Assembly (NCBI GenBank): GCA_964106645.2
Contig: OZ067044.1
Direction: 5' to 3' (one strand)
DNA from: Podarcis pityusensis
Taxonomy: Eukaryota
Length of the DNA: 64,000 nt
Below, one piece after another: positions 22,842 through 34,255 of the stretch. Position numbers and translations under genes: made by a program. The notes under the pieces were generated by a model. That model was given only the letters and a program-made list of their open reading frames with translations, ran no database searches and had not been told where the DNA came from. Numbering within the stretch: the first letter of the stretch is position 1; every line of letters begins with the position of its first letter.

Positions 22842-25800
22842 AATCTTCCACTCCCGCTAGAGCCTGGGAGCCCAGTGGCGCAATCGCCGCTGGAAGGCGC
22901 AGGGCCGCGCGCGCGCACACACATTGATCTGCCACCGAGCGCCCTGGCGTCAAGGCAATGGGCGTTTTAGACGGACCCTGGACTCCTGTGTATCGGAGGG
23001 GTGAGAGGAAGGGAGACAGCGCCTTACCCGGAGTGGCCTCTCTCTCGCCACCTCCCCACAGCTCCCTTGGAAGTGGACCATCAACGGACAGTGCACCGAC
23101 TCTTTTATTCCTAGGAAGAGCCCAGAGGTGGCGAGGGAGCCAGCCAGGCGCGGTGGTCCTGCAGAATCCGAAAAAGGGGGCTCACCGTTTTGTGGCCGTC
23201 CAGAATCTCTGGGGAAACCCGCCGTTTCTTGGATCGTCCAAAATCTCTGCCGCCTTGGCGTTGACTTGTAGATTTTTTTCCTCTCTCAAAAAAAAGAAAA
23301 GAAAATCCCTTACCATCCCGATCTACAAGCTGCTTAAGCCGGAACAAACCTGAGTCGATGCCAAATTCTAAATTCTCCAGTGGGCCTTAATCCAATTTCA
23401 ACCGGTTTAACTGGCTTGGGTTCTCCTTTTGGGGGAACTTCAGAGTCTCCCAGACAGGCGAATCGCAGTGCGTTTCCCGTGCAAAGGATGCCTCTGCCTC
23501 CTTGGACCTGTAGATCTCGCTGTGGTTCAACAATAGGAGCGCATCGCGGAAGGTTGGTTCTATTCAGGAGGCTGGTCTCGAATTGCAGCTCTAGGTGGCC
23601 TCTTTATCCAGACACGTACAGACCCCAATGAGAATGTACGCATGCCGGTATCTGAATCCGCCAAATGCGACGATTCGCTTGTAAAAGGGCCGGCAGCACA
23701 CCTGCCTAGACACCTGGTGTCTTTTGATCCTGACCTGCAAAGCTGGGAGAGTAGGAAAGATGTTGCTTCTTTGTCTCAGGAAGCACGGTTTCTAGTAAAA
23801 GACAGAGGAGGACCCCAACCTGAGCGATCCGAAATGAATCCGGATTAAAAATCAAAAACAGTGTCAGCCAAGGCAAAAAATAAATGAAAACCCAGTCCGA
23901 AGGGATCTATTATGAAACAGTGTGTTTGAGCTATACAAAGCAAATATAAGAAAGGAATCGGGTGTGCTGGAGAGGAAGGGGGCGCAGGCGTTCCCATTAG
24001 AGCTCAAGGTTGCAGTCCTCACTATATTTAGAGGCAAGTTCACATATGCACCTACCTGTCTGTCCCTGGTGTCAGTGCTGATTAAAACAGCAATTCCGGG
24101 ACCCTGGTCGAAGCAGTCAGGATGCTCTGCAGCCTGCTGTTTAAACCTGAATGCTGCGGGGACAGAGTGCTGTTGAGAGAAAAACACTCTGCACATGCTT
24201 ATGAGGCACTTTCCTTTCTAGTATGACTTCACATGCTCCAGCATTCGCCCTCGGGTTCCGAAAAGTGAGAGCAGGCAGAAGCCTTAGGGTGAGAGTAACG
24301 GGAACTGAAGCTGGATCTCGCAGCTCCCAGTTTAAGCTCAGGTGGCATTGACTCCGGTGGTACAACTGATTCTCCCTCACATCCTCCATCCGACCCTAAA
24401 CACTGCAGTCTTCCGGAAGTAAATCTTATTGCCTGTCTGTACTCGTCTGAATGTGGTCTGCTTAGGATCACAGCGCAAAATAGCCTGCGGGCTAAGCGTT
24501 TGTGCCTTTCTTCAAGTGGCTGAGAGAAGGGTTTGCATGGGGTTCAAACAGGTAGAGTAGGAGACCACTCCCCACCCACCCCACCCCCAACTTCCTACAC
24601 TGTCCACTGTCTCTGCCCTCTGATCGGTTCCTAATACTGTACTTCAGTGGTACCCTCACAGGGCAAGATTGGGGGTGGCAGAAGAATTCAGGACTCCACT
24701 CAGCAGAACGAGTTGATGGGCCTCCAAATGCGTCAGGGCACATCTTGAAGTAACGATATATCCCCCCACACACACCAAGTCCATTAACTCCGAAGTCTAC
24801 AATTCCCCGAACTGCACCGCCGCCTTTCTTGGCCACAGCTCTCCTCGATTTCTGCCGAATTTCTGCCGAAATAATTGCGCTCAGGATCCCACGCTTGGAC
24901 AATACTGGCGCAGTCTAGGATTATTCGCACGAATGTATCTTTCAGCCCAAGCGTCGCTTGTCCTTAGACGCAAAGAAAACCACACAAAACCATAATAGAC
25001 TCTCGGTTGTCCCCACGGCGGGGCGGGGAGGGGGAGAGATGTTAAAAACCCCAGGAAGTGGGCGTTGTTGTTTTCGTCCCCTAAAAAGGAGCTGCTGGTT
25101 CAAATCTGGTCCTTACGATGTAGGGGGGAGAATAGGCCTCAGTTTGGCGAAACAAAACCCAAATCAGAAAAGGAAGGATGGAGTGCTTTGCTGGGAACTC
25201 CTAAACGCAGTAGTGTCCTTAAGTCAAAGAACTGCAACCCTATGGAAAGGAATCCTATCGACCTCGGTGGGATAGGACTCACTTCTGGGTAAACACGAAC
25301 AGGACAGGGCTGCGCGGGTAAAACCTTATCACAATCGGGAGTAAACTAGCGCCCCGCCCCGCACACTTGTAAAAGTGCATAGGATCGGGTTGCACATTGA
25401 GATCCGTTCGCGCCCATGGGAATGTTCCTTTTGACAGCTTTGCATGTAAAACTGCATCTAGTTTAAAGTTTAAAAGTTATTTAAAGGGGGGAGAAAGGGA
25501 GAGGCAGAGAGCAATTAGATAGCAAAAGTAAGAACAGACGGATGTGAGAACGAAAAAGTAAATGGACTCAACGTAGAAGATCGCAAGAATAGTGACTTTA
25601 AAAACACACATACGCCCCTCCATCACAATAAACCCCTCCCCTCCTCTGTCTCACCTCCCTCCCTCTCGCCTGCAAAGAGTCCTGCTGTTTAAAAGTAGCT
25701 TAGCCCAACCCAGCCCAAACGCGACGGTGGCGGGCGTTTTCTCGGCTACCTGAGTCCATTCGCGCGCAGGTTGCTGCGCAGCGGAGCAATTGGCCTATTG

Positions 25801-25910
25801 TTGCTATGCTAATGAGGCGATTAGGCTGTTGGTGAAAAGACTCGCTTGGAAAGAAAAAAGGGAAAAGTTTCGACCATTAGAGGGAGATCTCCGAGCGGGC
25901 ACGGGAGATC

Positions 25911-25956
25911 TCCTCCTCCTGCTGCTCTTCCTCCTCCTCCTCCTCCTCCTCCTCCT
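25911..25956 (+). repeat. (CCT)n interrupted trinucleotide repeat in the exon-1a leader
   Basis: Direct reading. Confidence 0.9.
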
Positions 25957-26029
25957 GCTCAAGCACTCCAGCGGGCGCGCTTTGCATGCCAGAGGAGAGC
26001 GCAAGGCAGGCAGGCAGGGCAAAAGAGCC

Positions 26030-26096
26030 TCTTCTCTCTCTTTCTCCTTCTCTCTCTCTCTCTCTCTCTCTCTCCCTCCCTCCCTCTTTCTCTTTC
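26030..26096 (+). repeat. (CT)n and polypyrimidine tract in the exon-1a leader
   Basis: Direct reading; pure (TC)12 core at about 26049-26074. Confidence 0.9.
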
Positions 26097-26143
26097 TGAC
26101 TCTGTCTGTATCTGTCTCTCTCGTTCTCTCGCCACGCCAATCC

Positions 26144-26194
26144 ATGAAAATGCTTTGGAAACTGACGGATAATATCAAATATGAGGAATGTGAG
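26144..26194 (+). CDS. TFAP2A: TFAP2A canonical first coding exon 1a (MKMLWKLTDNIKYEECE)
   Basis: ATG AAA ATG (starts at 26144 and 26150) ... TGT GAG|GTAAGC. Contains the IKYE SUMO consensus specific to this isoform. Confidence 0.98.
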
Positions 26195-28549
26195 GTAAGC
26201 GCTTTCCCGCGGCTGGGGCACACATCAGAGAGGATCTCCCGGTCCCCCGTCCTCCAATCCGTCCAGCCTTCCCCACTCCCGCTCCACCTAACAAACAAAC
26301 AGAAAACCCAGCTGTTTGGGGGAAGCACCTTGCAACAGCTAGCGATGCCGTTGGAAGACCAACTTCTGCGCTAGGCGACCGAGCAGACTTCGCAGCTGGA
26401 GAGAGGGCGTCTGTGGTGGGTTTATACCTGGGTGCCAGGTGGAGGAGGCTACGCGTTGAGGAAGGAAGGGGGTGCTTAGGCAGGGTGGGGGTGGGAGAAT
26501 CGACCTCCTCGGCCCAAGGAGACCAGAAGGAGATAGGAAGCGGGTGGGGTGGGAGGAGGAAGCCCAGGCAGATCTCTCCACCAGTGCTGAAACAGTTATT
26601 GAGGAGAGGAGGGGGAGAAGATGGAATGGATGAGTAAAACGAATGAATGAGGACGAGCGAAACGACCCTTCTGAGTCAGCAGAAGGAGCCCCAAGATGTC
26701 CTAAAGAGGTCTGCCCCGATAGAGGTCTTTTTGAGCTACAAGTTCTGCTGAGGCGCACTGAGCGACTTTTTTCTCTGGTTTGGACCGTTGTCACTTCCGC
26801 GTCAGATCTTGCTGGCTGCTCTTCTCCTCGCTCTCCTCAGCCAGTTGGTGAGGGTTTTAAGTACTTGCTGGGCTTTTAAGAGCACGCCTTTCAAACTCCA
26901 AAAGCCTCCTCGAAGGCTATTGGGAGATGCTCCTCGCACAGGTAGTGTGGAGGAGAGACAGAAGCAGACCAGGGGTGCCTTCTGCGCGCGGTGGCAGAGA
27001 AGATGCTTACTCGTTCCTTCGCTTTACAAGACTCTTGATATTTATTAGAGGTATATAAAATGTAACTAGAGATGATGTTGGAGGTAGATGGAGGAGACGG
27101 AGAGATGCATATATGTGATGTCTGATGTTGATTATTATTTTTTGAAAGCCAGAGAGATAGGTGCATAGACAGGCACAGATGGATAGGTTAAACCGCTAGG
27201 GTGACCTCAAGGATGCTTTTCAAATAAACGCATCTCAGAGTGGTTGTGTACAAGAGCTGTACTGTTGAATACTTTAAAATATTTGTTTCCCTGGTGGGAT
27301 TTGGTGCTTCAAAACTCTGTTTTGCAAGTCTTTCTTTTCTATCTCAATCCAACGGTTTGGTGAGCAACACATTATTTCTCTCTGCGCGCACACACAAACA
27401 CACACAAATACACGCACACTTCCTTAATTCTGTGCACAGAATAGAATCTGACAAGCGCCAGCCTGGAAGATTAATTAAGAAAACAAATGTGGGTTGGTGC
27501 TGAGATTTATGGCTCCTTTGGAGAGGCGAGCCTGTCTACAAATGTCAGAAACTGAGAGAAGGCGGCATGCAGATCTCATTCTCACTTTCTCTAAAGATGT
27601 GTGGTTCTCTCCCTCTTTTTCACCCACCCGTCCAGAAAAAAGCCGTTTTAGGACGAAAGCCTTTCGCTTCTCAGTGTCGAAGCGAAGTGCACGTGCGGTT
27701 GTGGATATGCTTGGAAATGGCTTGTGTTGCTTCACATGGAGCTGATAAACAAACCAATCCAGTGGTGAGGCTTCCAGAGCAGGCGAGGGTGGTGTGTTTG
27801 GAGAGCTGTGAGTGCTTAGGCGCGATTTTCTTCTGTTAAGAGAATGTATCGCTACGGTTAGGGCGGTGGCACAACGCTTGAAGCTGACTAGCAGCTCTTG
27901 AAATGGACTAGCAACGCAATCCTAGACGTGCGCGAAATCCTAGACATGCATGGAAGTAAAATGGGGTTTGCTCCCAGGTCACTCGGTGCAGAATTGCAGC
28001 TTATGGCTGCAGTGACACCCGCCCACTTACGCAGAAGTAAATCCCATTGATCCTAGTGGGATTCACTTCAGGTAAACATACATAATGTACTGAGTGCTCC
28101 AGAGTTCGGAGGAGATGGGCTTGATTTCAACTTTATTTCTAAAGTCTGTCTGTGTGCGGCAGCAGCTTCTGGAACGCGGTAGTGCTCTCCAGCTGGACTG
28201 AACTTGCTTCGGCGTTTGCTTAATGCGCTTGGCTTCGGATGGCGCCCCAAATCGCCCATGCAGCAATTTGGAGACATAAGCAATCGTAAGAGAGGGTGTT
28301 TCGGCGGTGAAGCTACAGTTCTCCTGCTTTTCTCTATATGGAAATAGAAAGTCGGGAGGTAACAGGCTTACAAAAGCTGAAGGTGCATGCTTCTCTCCCC
28401 GCCCCCCCCCCCTTATCCTTCTCCACTCGGCGAGGTGCGCTCTCAGGGAGTTTTGCAGGGACATGCTCGGTCGGCGGCAGAGCGCCTGTTGTTATGATAA
28501 GTCGGCAGCAGCAGCAGGAAAAGTGAAGCATGCCTGTCACCTCCCAGGA

Positions 28550-29450
28550 TTCACTGGCTGCGAGTTGCCCAGCCAGTTGAGCGGGTTGGGCCGAGCCTGG
28601 GAGCCCCAGCTTGTCCGGGCCAGCCAAGCGCCAGTCGCCTCCCTTTTTCTTTCCCTCCCCTCCCCCCCGACAGTCTTCACCACCCCTTTTCCACGATCCT
28701 CAGCCCCAAAGGGGGAAAAAAAGGGCTCCGCGGGGTTCCCGAGATAGCTCCGCCGCCCCGATTCCGGTCCCCTCCGCCGCCACAACCTCTGGGAGAACGG
28801 AGCTCCGAAAGGGCGGCGGAGATTCCACGCGCGGAGCAGGGAGGGCCCTTCCCCTCCAGCCCGGGGCTCCGGCGAGGCCCTGTTGCTGCCGCCGCCGCCT
28901 CGGGCCCTCGAGCCATGGACGTGACGCAGCAGGACGCCGCCGGAGCCGAGCCGCCAGGCCCAGGAGAACCGGGGCAGCTGAAAGGAGGCGGCGGCGCCGA
29001 GGCGGGCTCCTCCGAGAGCGGCTCCTCGCGGAGCAAGAGGGCAGCTGGAGACGCGCAGCTCTTGGCGCTGCCCTTCGACGGCGCGGCCTTCGCCCAGCCT
29101 CCGCCGCCCGAGGTGCGCCCTTCTTCGCTTCCCTGCCGCCCCAGGACCTTGCCTGGGCCTTAGCCGGCCTCCCTCGCTCCTTCCACGATTGCCCCACCGG
29201 GCCCAGGTCTCCTCTTCCCCTGCCTCCTCGCTGCGCTCCTCGTCGGGCCGTCTCTTCCCTCTCGCATCTTCCTTGTTCACTGCCTTCCTGCCTTCCCCTC
29301 TCAGTCTCTTTCTCTCTCTCCCCCCCCCCCGAGATTCCCCTGCTGCCCCCTCCCCAAGTTCACCCCAAGCCCCGGAACCCACCCGGGACCTTTTCCCCGG
29401 CCTGCCGCTTCTTTCCTTCCCTTTCCCACGCGCGCTGCCCGCTCCCTCCC
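28550..29450. promoter_or_regulatory. Dense CpG island between exon 1a and the proximal first exon
   Basis: Very high GC and CpG content, with (GCC)n runs. Confidence 0.85.
28915..29112 (+). CDS. TFAP2A: Candidate additional TFAP2A first coding exon (66 aa, MDVTQQ...FAQPPPPE)
   Basis: GCCATGG Kozak at 28912-28918, 66 open codons, then GAG|GTGCGC donor at a codon boundary, in phase with exon 2. Lies in a CpG island. No transcript evidence available. Confidence 0.5.
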
Positions 29451-29764
29451 TCTCTACTTACCCCTCTGCCCTTCCTTCTCCTATCCACTGGCCTTTCTTC
29501 TCTCTCTCTCTCCCCCCCCCCCCCGCCTGCCTGCCTGCTCCCACCCTCTTGCTTCTGCCTGGCTCTCTCTCTCTCTCTCTCTCTCTTCACTTCTTCATGC
29601 CCTACAACCTTTTAAAATGTTGCCCCTTTCCTGTGATTCGTCAGACGCGGCGGCGGCGGCGGCATGGCTCTCTCTCTCCCTCTCCCTCCCCCCCTCCCCT
29701 CGCTCTCTTTTTGTCTCTCCCTCTCTCTCGGTCCTCTCCCCCCCCTTCTCTCGCTCCCCCTCCC

Positions 29765-30089
29765 CCCTCTGATTAGATACACTGATTCTTCATTCAATGG
29801 ACGTCATTTAGAACAGCCTCTGCCTTGAGTTGCTTCCTCGCTTCACGCTCGATTTCCAGCCATTCTTCCCTTATTAAGTATTCGTGTAATATTAACAGTC
29901 ATGAATATCTGCTATTAGGACTCTCGAGGAAAGCGAGCCGCAGATCTCTCCCTCCCTCCTTCTCTCTTTTTCTCTCTCTCTCTCTCTTATTAGGAGCTCA
30001 CGTGAAGCAGTCGGAGCGGGAGGGGGAGAGAGAGAGAGAGAGAGAGGTGTGTGGGGGCAACGCACCACACACGCACACACGGATTAAGG

Positions 30090-30128
<39 letters not shown>

Positions 30129-30516
30129 CTTTGCACCGCAATAGCACCGCCGGATCCGGCTCTCCCTCGCCTTTTTTTCGCCGCTGCAGATCGCCGGGCG
30201 TTTGGGTCAAGTTCTGATGGATTTGAGTCGCGCCGCGTCCCCAGTGCTGCTCGCGGACCAGCCTGGGCGTTGGGCACTCGGTGTAGTCACAGTCTAGACC
30301 TGGGCTTCTTCTCCTCCTTTTGTGCGTGTGTGTGAGTGTGTGAGAGAGGAGAGGAGAGGGCTAGGGAGAGCGCGCTGCTCGCGTGCGGGAGAGGCAGAGA
30401 GCAAGAGACGCAGGCAGCGCGAGAGAGCCCGACAGCCAGAGCTAAAAAGAGCCGACTTTTCTCTGCCTTTTTGTTTTTCTCCTGTGCCCTGACTTGGTCC
30501 CCCCGAATCCGCGCAG
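29765..30516 (+). promoter_or_regulatory. Proximal (MLVHSFSAM) first-exon promoter and leader
   Basis: A complex AT-rich block (29780-29930, with CRE-like GACGTCA) sits between pyrimidine tracts. (GA)n and (CA)n repeats and a CpG-rich leader follow. Confidence 0.6.
30026..30127 (+). repeat. (GA)n and (AC)n microsatellites upstream of the proximal first exon
   Basis: Direct reading. Confidence 0.9.
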
Positions 30517-30543
30517 ATGTTAGTTCACAGTTTCTCAGCGATG
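30517..30543 (+). CDS. TFAP2A: TFAP2A proximal alternative first coding exon (MLVHSFSAM)
   Basis: ATGTTAGTTCACAGTTTCTCAGCGATG|GTGAGT, 9 codons, phase 0. Identical to the mammalian alternative N-terminus. Confidence 0.96.
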
Positions 30544-31809
30544 GTGAGTGGCTTTCTTAGCATTCTCTATCGGGGGCTGGCGGGGTGGCGGGGTGGGTTG
30601 GTCTTGCTTGTGCCTTTTCTCAGTCTTGCTTATATGTGTGCGTGTTTCACATCCTGCCAGGGTCTGTCTGTCCTCTGTGTCTTTCCTCCTTTTTTATTTT
30701 TTTATTTCGAGAATACAAAAAAAACCCCAACTTCTTTATTATTGCGTTGGCTGCTGCAAGTTAACTACAGAAATCCTCGTTTCCGCTTCCATGCCCGTCT
30801 ATTGTGTTGGTGTTTTTGTCCTGTTCTGTCCCTTCCCGTTTTCCCGGCTGGATTTCACATCTTTTCCGCTCCTCTCTTTTTCCCGGGGATCATCACGCTC
30901 CTTGAGAGATTGAAGTCGAAGGCATTTAACGACATCTTTCTTATAATTCCCAACTGCCGCCCTCGCCCGTCCCCCCCCCTCCTTTCCATTTCTGTGGCTG
31001 TTAATTTCCTTTAGTCGTACCTGTGGGCTATAATTTCATAACCTTCCAAGTCCCAATTGCACGCCGGCAAAACCATTTACATTTTCGTTCCTCTTTCCCC
31101 ACGCGCTTTATTTTTATTTTTGTTTTCTAGTTATTCGCCTTAATTTTTGGACATTTCATTATTTTATGAAGAATGTGTGTGCATATGCAATATATGTATG
31201 TATGTATGTATAGTGTGTGTGTGATATTTTATATTATATCACAGTTCCAACTAACAAAGCAGCACATTTTTTATGAGTCGTCAATCTTTTTTCTTTCTGC
31301 AAATGACTTATCCAAACCCACATTTTGATCATATTTATGGACGCGCTTTGAAGGAATAGCAGCTCTTTTGGGTGACGTTGCCCTGGGAATGCGACGACGA
31401 TACAGGTCCGCTTCTGCACCATTTACAGTCGTTCCCATTTAAAAGTTCCAGGCAGATGAGAGTCTTTTTCGTAAATGGTGTGGGAACGCTTTGGATGGGT
31501 GGGGGTGGGGAGAAAGATAGGCTGAATTTTCGAATGACAAAAAAACCAAATCCCCTCTAAGATTTTCCCCGCCCTCGGATCTGCCGTCAGCGTACGGATT
31601 TGGTTGGTTTTTCTATTTATGATTTTCCTTTTGTTGTAAGGAATTTCAACGCCTTTCCGTTTGTAAGATGCTTGGAACCAAATGTTTGCAAATCGCATCC
31701 TTTGTGTGTGTGCGTTGGGTGTATAATGGGGGGGTGTGCGAGGCCTTCAAACCGTCCTGATTTTGATCTCCTCTCTCTTTCTCTCCCCCTCTTTTTCCTC
31801 GTTCCCCAG

Positions 31810-32244
31810 GACCGTCACGATGGCACCAGCAACGGGACAGCCCGCCTACCCCAGTTGGGGAGCGTGGGCCAGTCGCCCTACACCAGCGCCCCACCGCTCT
31901 CCCACACCCCCAACGCTGACTTCCAGCCCCCCTACTTCCCGCCGCCGTACCAGCCCATCTACCCTCAGTCCCAAGACCCCTATTCCCACGTTAACGACCC
32001 CTATAGCTTGAACCCTCTTCACGCCCAGCCCCAACCCCAACACCCAGGCTGGCCGGGACAGAGACAGAACCAGGAAACGGGGCTTTTGCACACCCACCGA
32101 GGACTTCCGCACCAGCTCTCCGGCTTGGATCCGCGAAGGGATTACCGGCGGCATGAAGATCTATTGCACGGACCTCATGGCTTGAGCTCAGGACTAGGAG
32201 ACATCCCCATTCATTCGATACCTCACTCTTTAGAAGACGTACCG
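31810..32244 (+). CDS. TFAP2A: TFAP2A exon 2, Pro/Gln-rich transactivation domain with PY motif
   Basis: Polypyrimidine tract and CCCCAG|GAC acceptor. Encodes DRHDGTSNG...[10 protein letters not shown]...EDVP. Donor CCG|GTAAGG. 435 nt. Confidence 0.98.
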
Positions 32245-32651
32245 GTAAGGAGAACTCCGCGCCTGTATCCTCGCGGCGGCTGACACCAGCAATGCCTCGT
32301 TCTCCGGCCTGCGATGCGCACATCCCGCGCGCCCTCGGGCTGGTGGATGGGACTTGCGCTGGGCGCATCCAGCCAAATGACCGCAGAGAAAGGCAGCGAG
32401 GCGATGGTGTCTCTCCATCCGTTGGCAACCGGACGGCTTTAATCGCGCCAGCGTCTCCCCTGCAAAAAATAGAGTAATAGTAGTAATACCCAGCACACAT
32501 TAATAGTTGTTTGCATCTGTCCCTACCACTGCATTGATGGGGAGTTGAGAGGGAGACGCACCAGGAGAGAAATAATTCAGCCAAAATCATCCTTGACGGT
32601 TTTTTCCCCATGCCCAATGACAATGAGTGGGAACTATAGGGAAGGCCGTGC

Positions 32652-32731
32652 AGTAATAATAATAATAATAATAATAATAATAGTAGTAGTAGTAGTAGTA
32701 GTAGTAATAGTAGTAGTAGTAGTAGTAGTAG
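32652..32731 (+). repeat. Compound (AAT)n(AGT)n microsatellite, intron 2
   Basis: Direct reading; one AAT unit interrupts the AGT run. Confidence 0.95.
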
Positions 32732-34206
32732 AATTAATGTGATCCTCGGGCCTTGCCATCGGTAGGATCCTAGATGTCTTGGGAAAGCAATCAGTCGACC
32801 TAAACATGCCTAAGGCTTCATGCATTTCTCGGTCGGGAGAAGAAAGGGAGCCTGCAAAATGAATTGGAAATCAACACCAAACCATTAAAAACAAAACAAA
32901 AAACCCCACGTAATTCCGGACTGAAGAATTGGCATAGTCTGAAGTGGTTAGCGAGGCGGATGGAAGAAAGAGAATGCATTATTTTTGGGTGTGTTTTTTA
33001 AAATGAATGTCGTTTATTCGTTGGGGGGTGAGGAGGAACTAGTAGCTAACAACAGATAAGTAATCATATTCTGACCAATATCTTTTAGTACCCTGAATAT
33101 CTGCTGCCCACTCTCTGGAGTTGGGCTCTCTTAATCGTTGGGGAAGATTTCTCACGAAGCCCGGCGTTCGGGTCTCGGCCCCTTTGCAAGCGAAGAGGGC
33201 CATTGTCCGCGGGGAAGCACCTTACGTGCTTGTCTCCAAAGGGGAACCCCTTGCCTTCTGGCTCCCCGGCTGAAAAGAGTATTTGAGTAGGCCAGTAATA
33301 TTATGCAAGGCTCATTATACCAGGCAAAAAGCATTTGCGGGGGAGGGGGAGGGCTGGGGCTGGTGGCTGGTAGAAGCAGCTCCTGGTATCTGGATGTGAT
33401 TTTTGCTGTTGTTGCTAAAACGCCACCCCAAATTACAGGATCAAATATTATAACAATATGTCCACTGACAGTTTAATGATTTACAGTTTCATGTTGCAAG
33501 GATAATGTTCCGATGGGTTCACCTATTTGGGGGTCATTTTGGAAGCCTTTTATTCCTTCCCGGTTTAGTAAATCATACTTGGAGGTGGTGTTGAATAGGG
33601 GATTTCGTGACATCCCGCCCTCCCTACGAAACCGATTCTTACCTTCAGTTGTTTTGCAACAAACGCATGCATTCCCGTGTGTGGGAATTTAGGGAACGGT
33701 TGGGGATGAAAAGAACAGAACAATACGCAAAGCACGTTTGGGACAGGCTGCGGTTCTTAAAAATACTTCTCTGTATGGAAACGCCTTTTAAATGGCCGGG
33801 ATCTACTTTCAAGCGAAAGGAGTACAGTTGAAACCAATGGGACTTCCCAACACATGTCAAGATGTAAACGATTTTGAAGCTAGCAGCTGGGGTTTCGGTT
33901 CTTGCAAGGAACATGAGCTAAAATATATTCCTCTTTCGGAATTTCGTTTTGGTTCAAAGTGTATTGCAAAGCGCAAATTGCATTTGAATGATAAATACAT
34001 CCCATTTTATTCCCTGCTCTGGCAAGAGATGACTTATCGCTGGCATGTTTTCAGAAAAATCAGTTGCCAGCTAGTTTAAATTCCCACTCCTCACGCCCGC
34101 CCTTAAACTGAGCCGGATCCACAACCCAGTTAAGCAGGAGCACCTTGCTTTGAGTTGTGGTTCCATTAAGCAGAGAAAAGTGGCATGAAACTGCTTTGGC
34201 AATTGA

Positions 34207-34252
<46 letters not shown>
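34207..34252 (+). repeat. (AC)n(AG)n microsatellite, intron 2
   Basis: Direct reading. Confidence 0.9.

Positions 34253-34255
<3 letters not shown>

Larger units (their letters stand above)
25720..26143 (+). promoter_or_regulatory. Exon-1a promoter and pyrimidine-rich 5' leader
   Basis: CpG-rich. Reverse CCAAT (ATTGG 25789-25793), octamer-like ATGCTAAT (25806-25813), no TATA, then (CCT)n and (CT)n tracts. The mammalian AP-2 alpha promoter is known to depend on an octamer and an initiator. Confidence 0.75.

Noticed and set aside
22958-23006. GCAATGG start with nearby GTGAGA donor as another first exon
   Set aside because: The donor falls in phase 1, incompatible with phase-0 exon 2.
25790-26143. 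In-frame extension of exon 1a with a poly-Leu, signal-like stretch
   Set aside because: Starts at TTG within the promoter; poly-Leu and (SL)n are translations of microsatellites.
28537-29776. Long overlapping ORFs of 334, 281 and 195 aa
   Set aside because: GC-rich, low-complexity DNA that lacks stops on both strands; no domain. Only the 28915-29112 segment has Kozak and donor support.
30544-31014. 165-aa hydrophobic ORF continuing from MLVHSFSAM
   Set aside because: Read-through past a consensus GTGAGT donor into T-rich intron.
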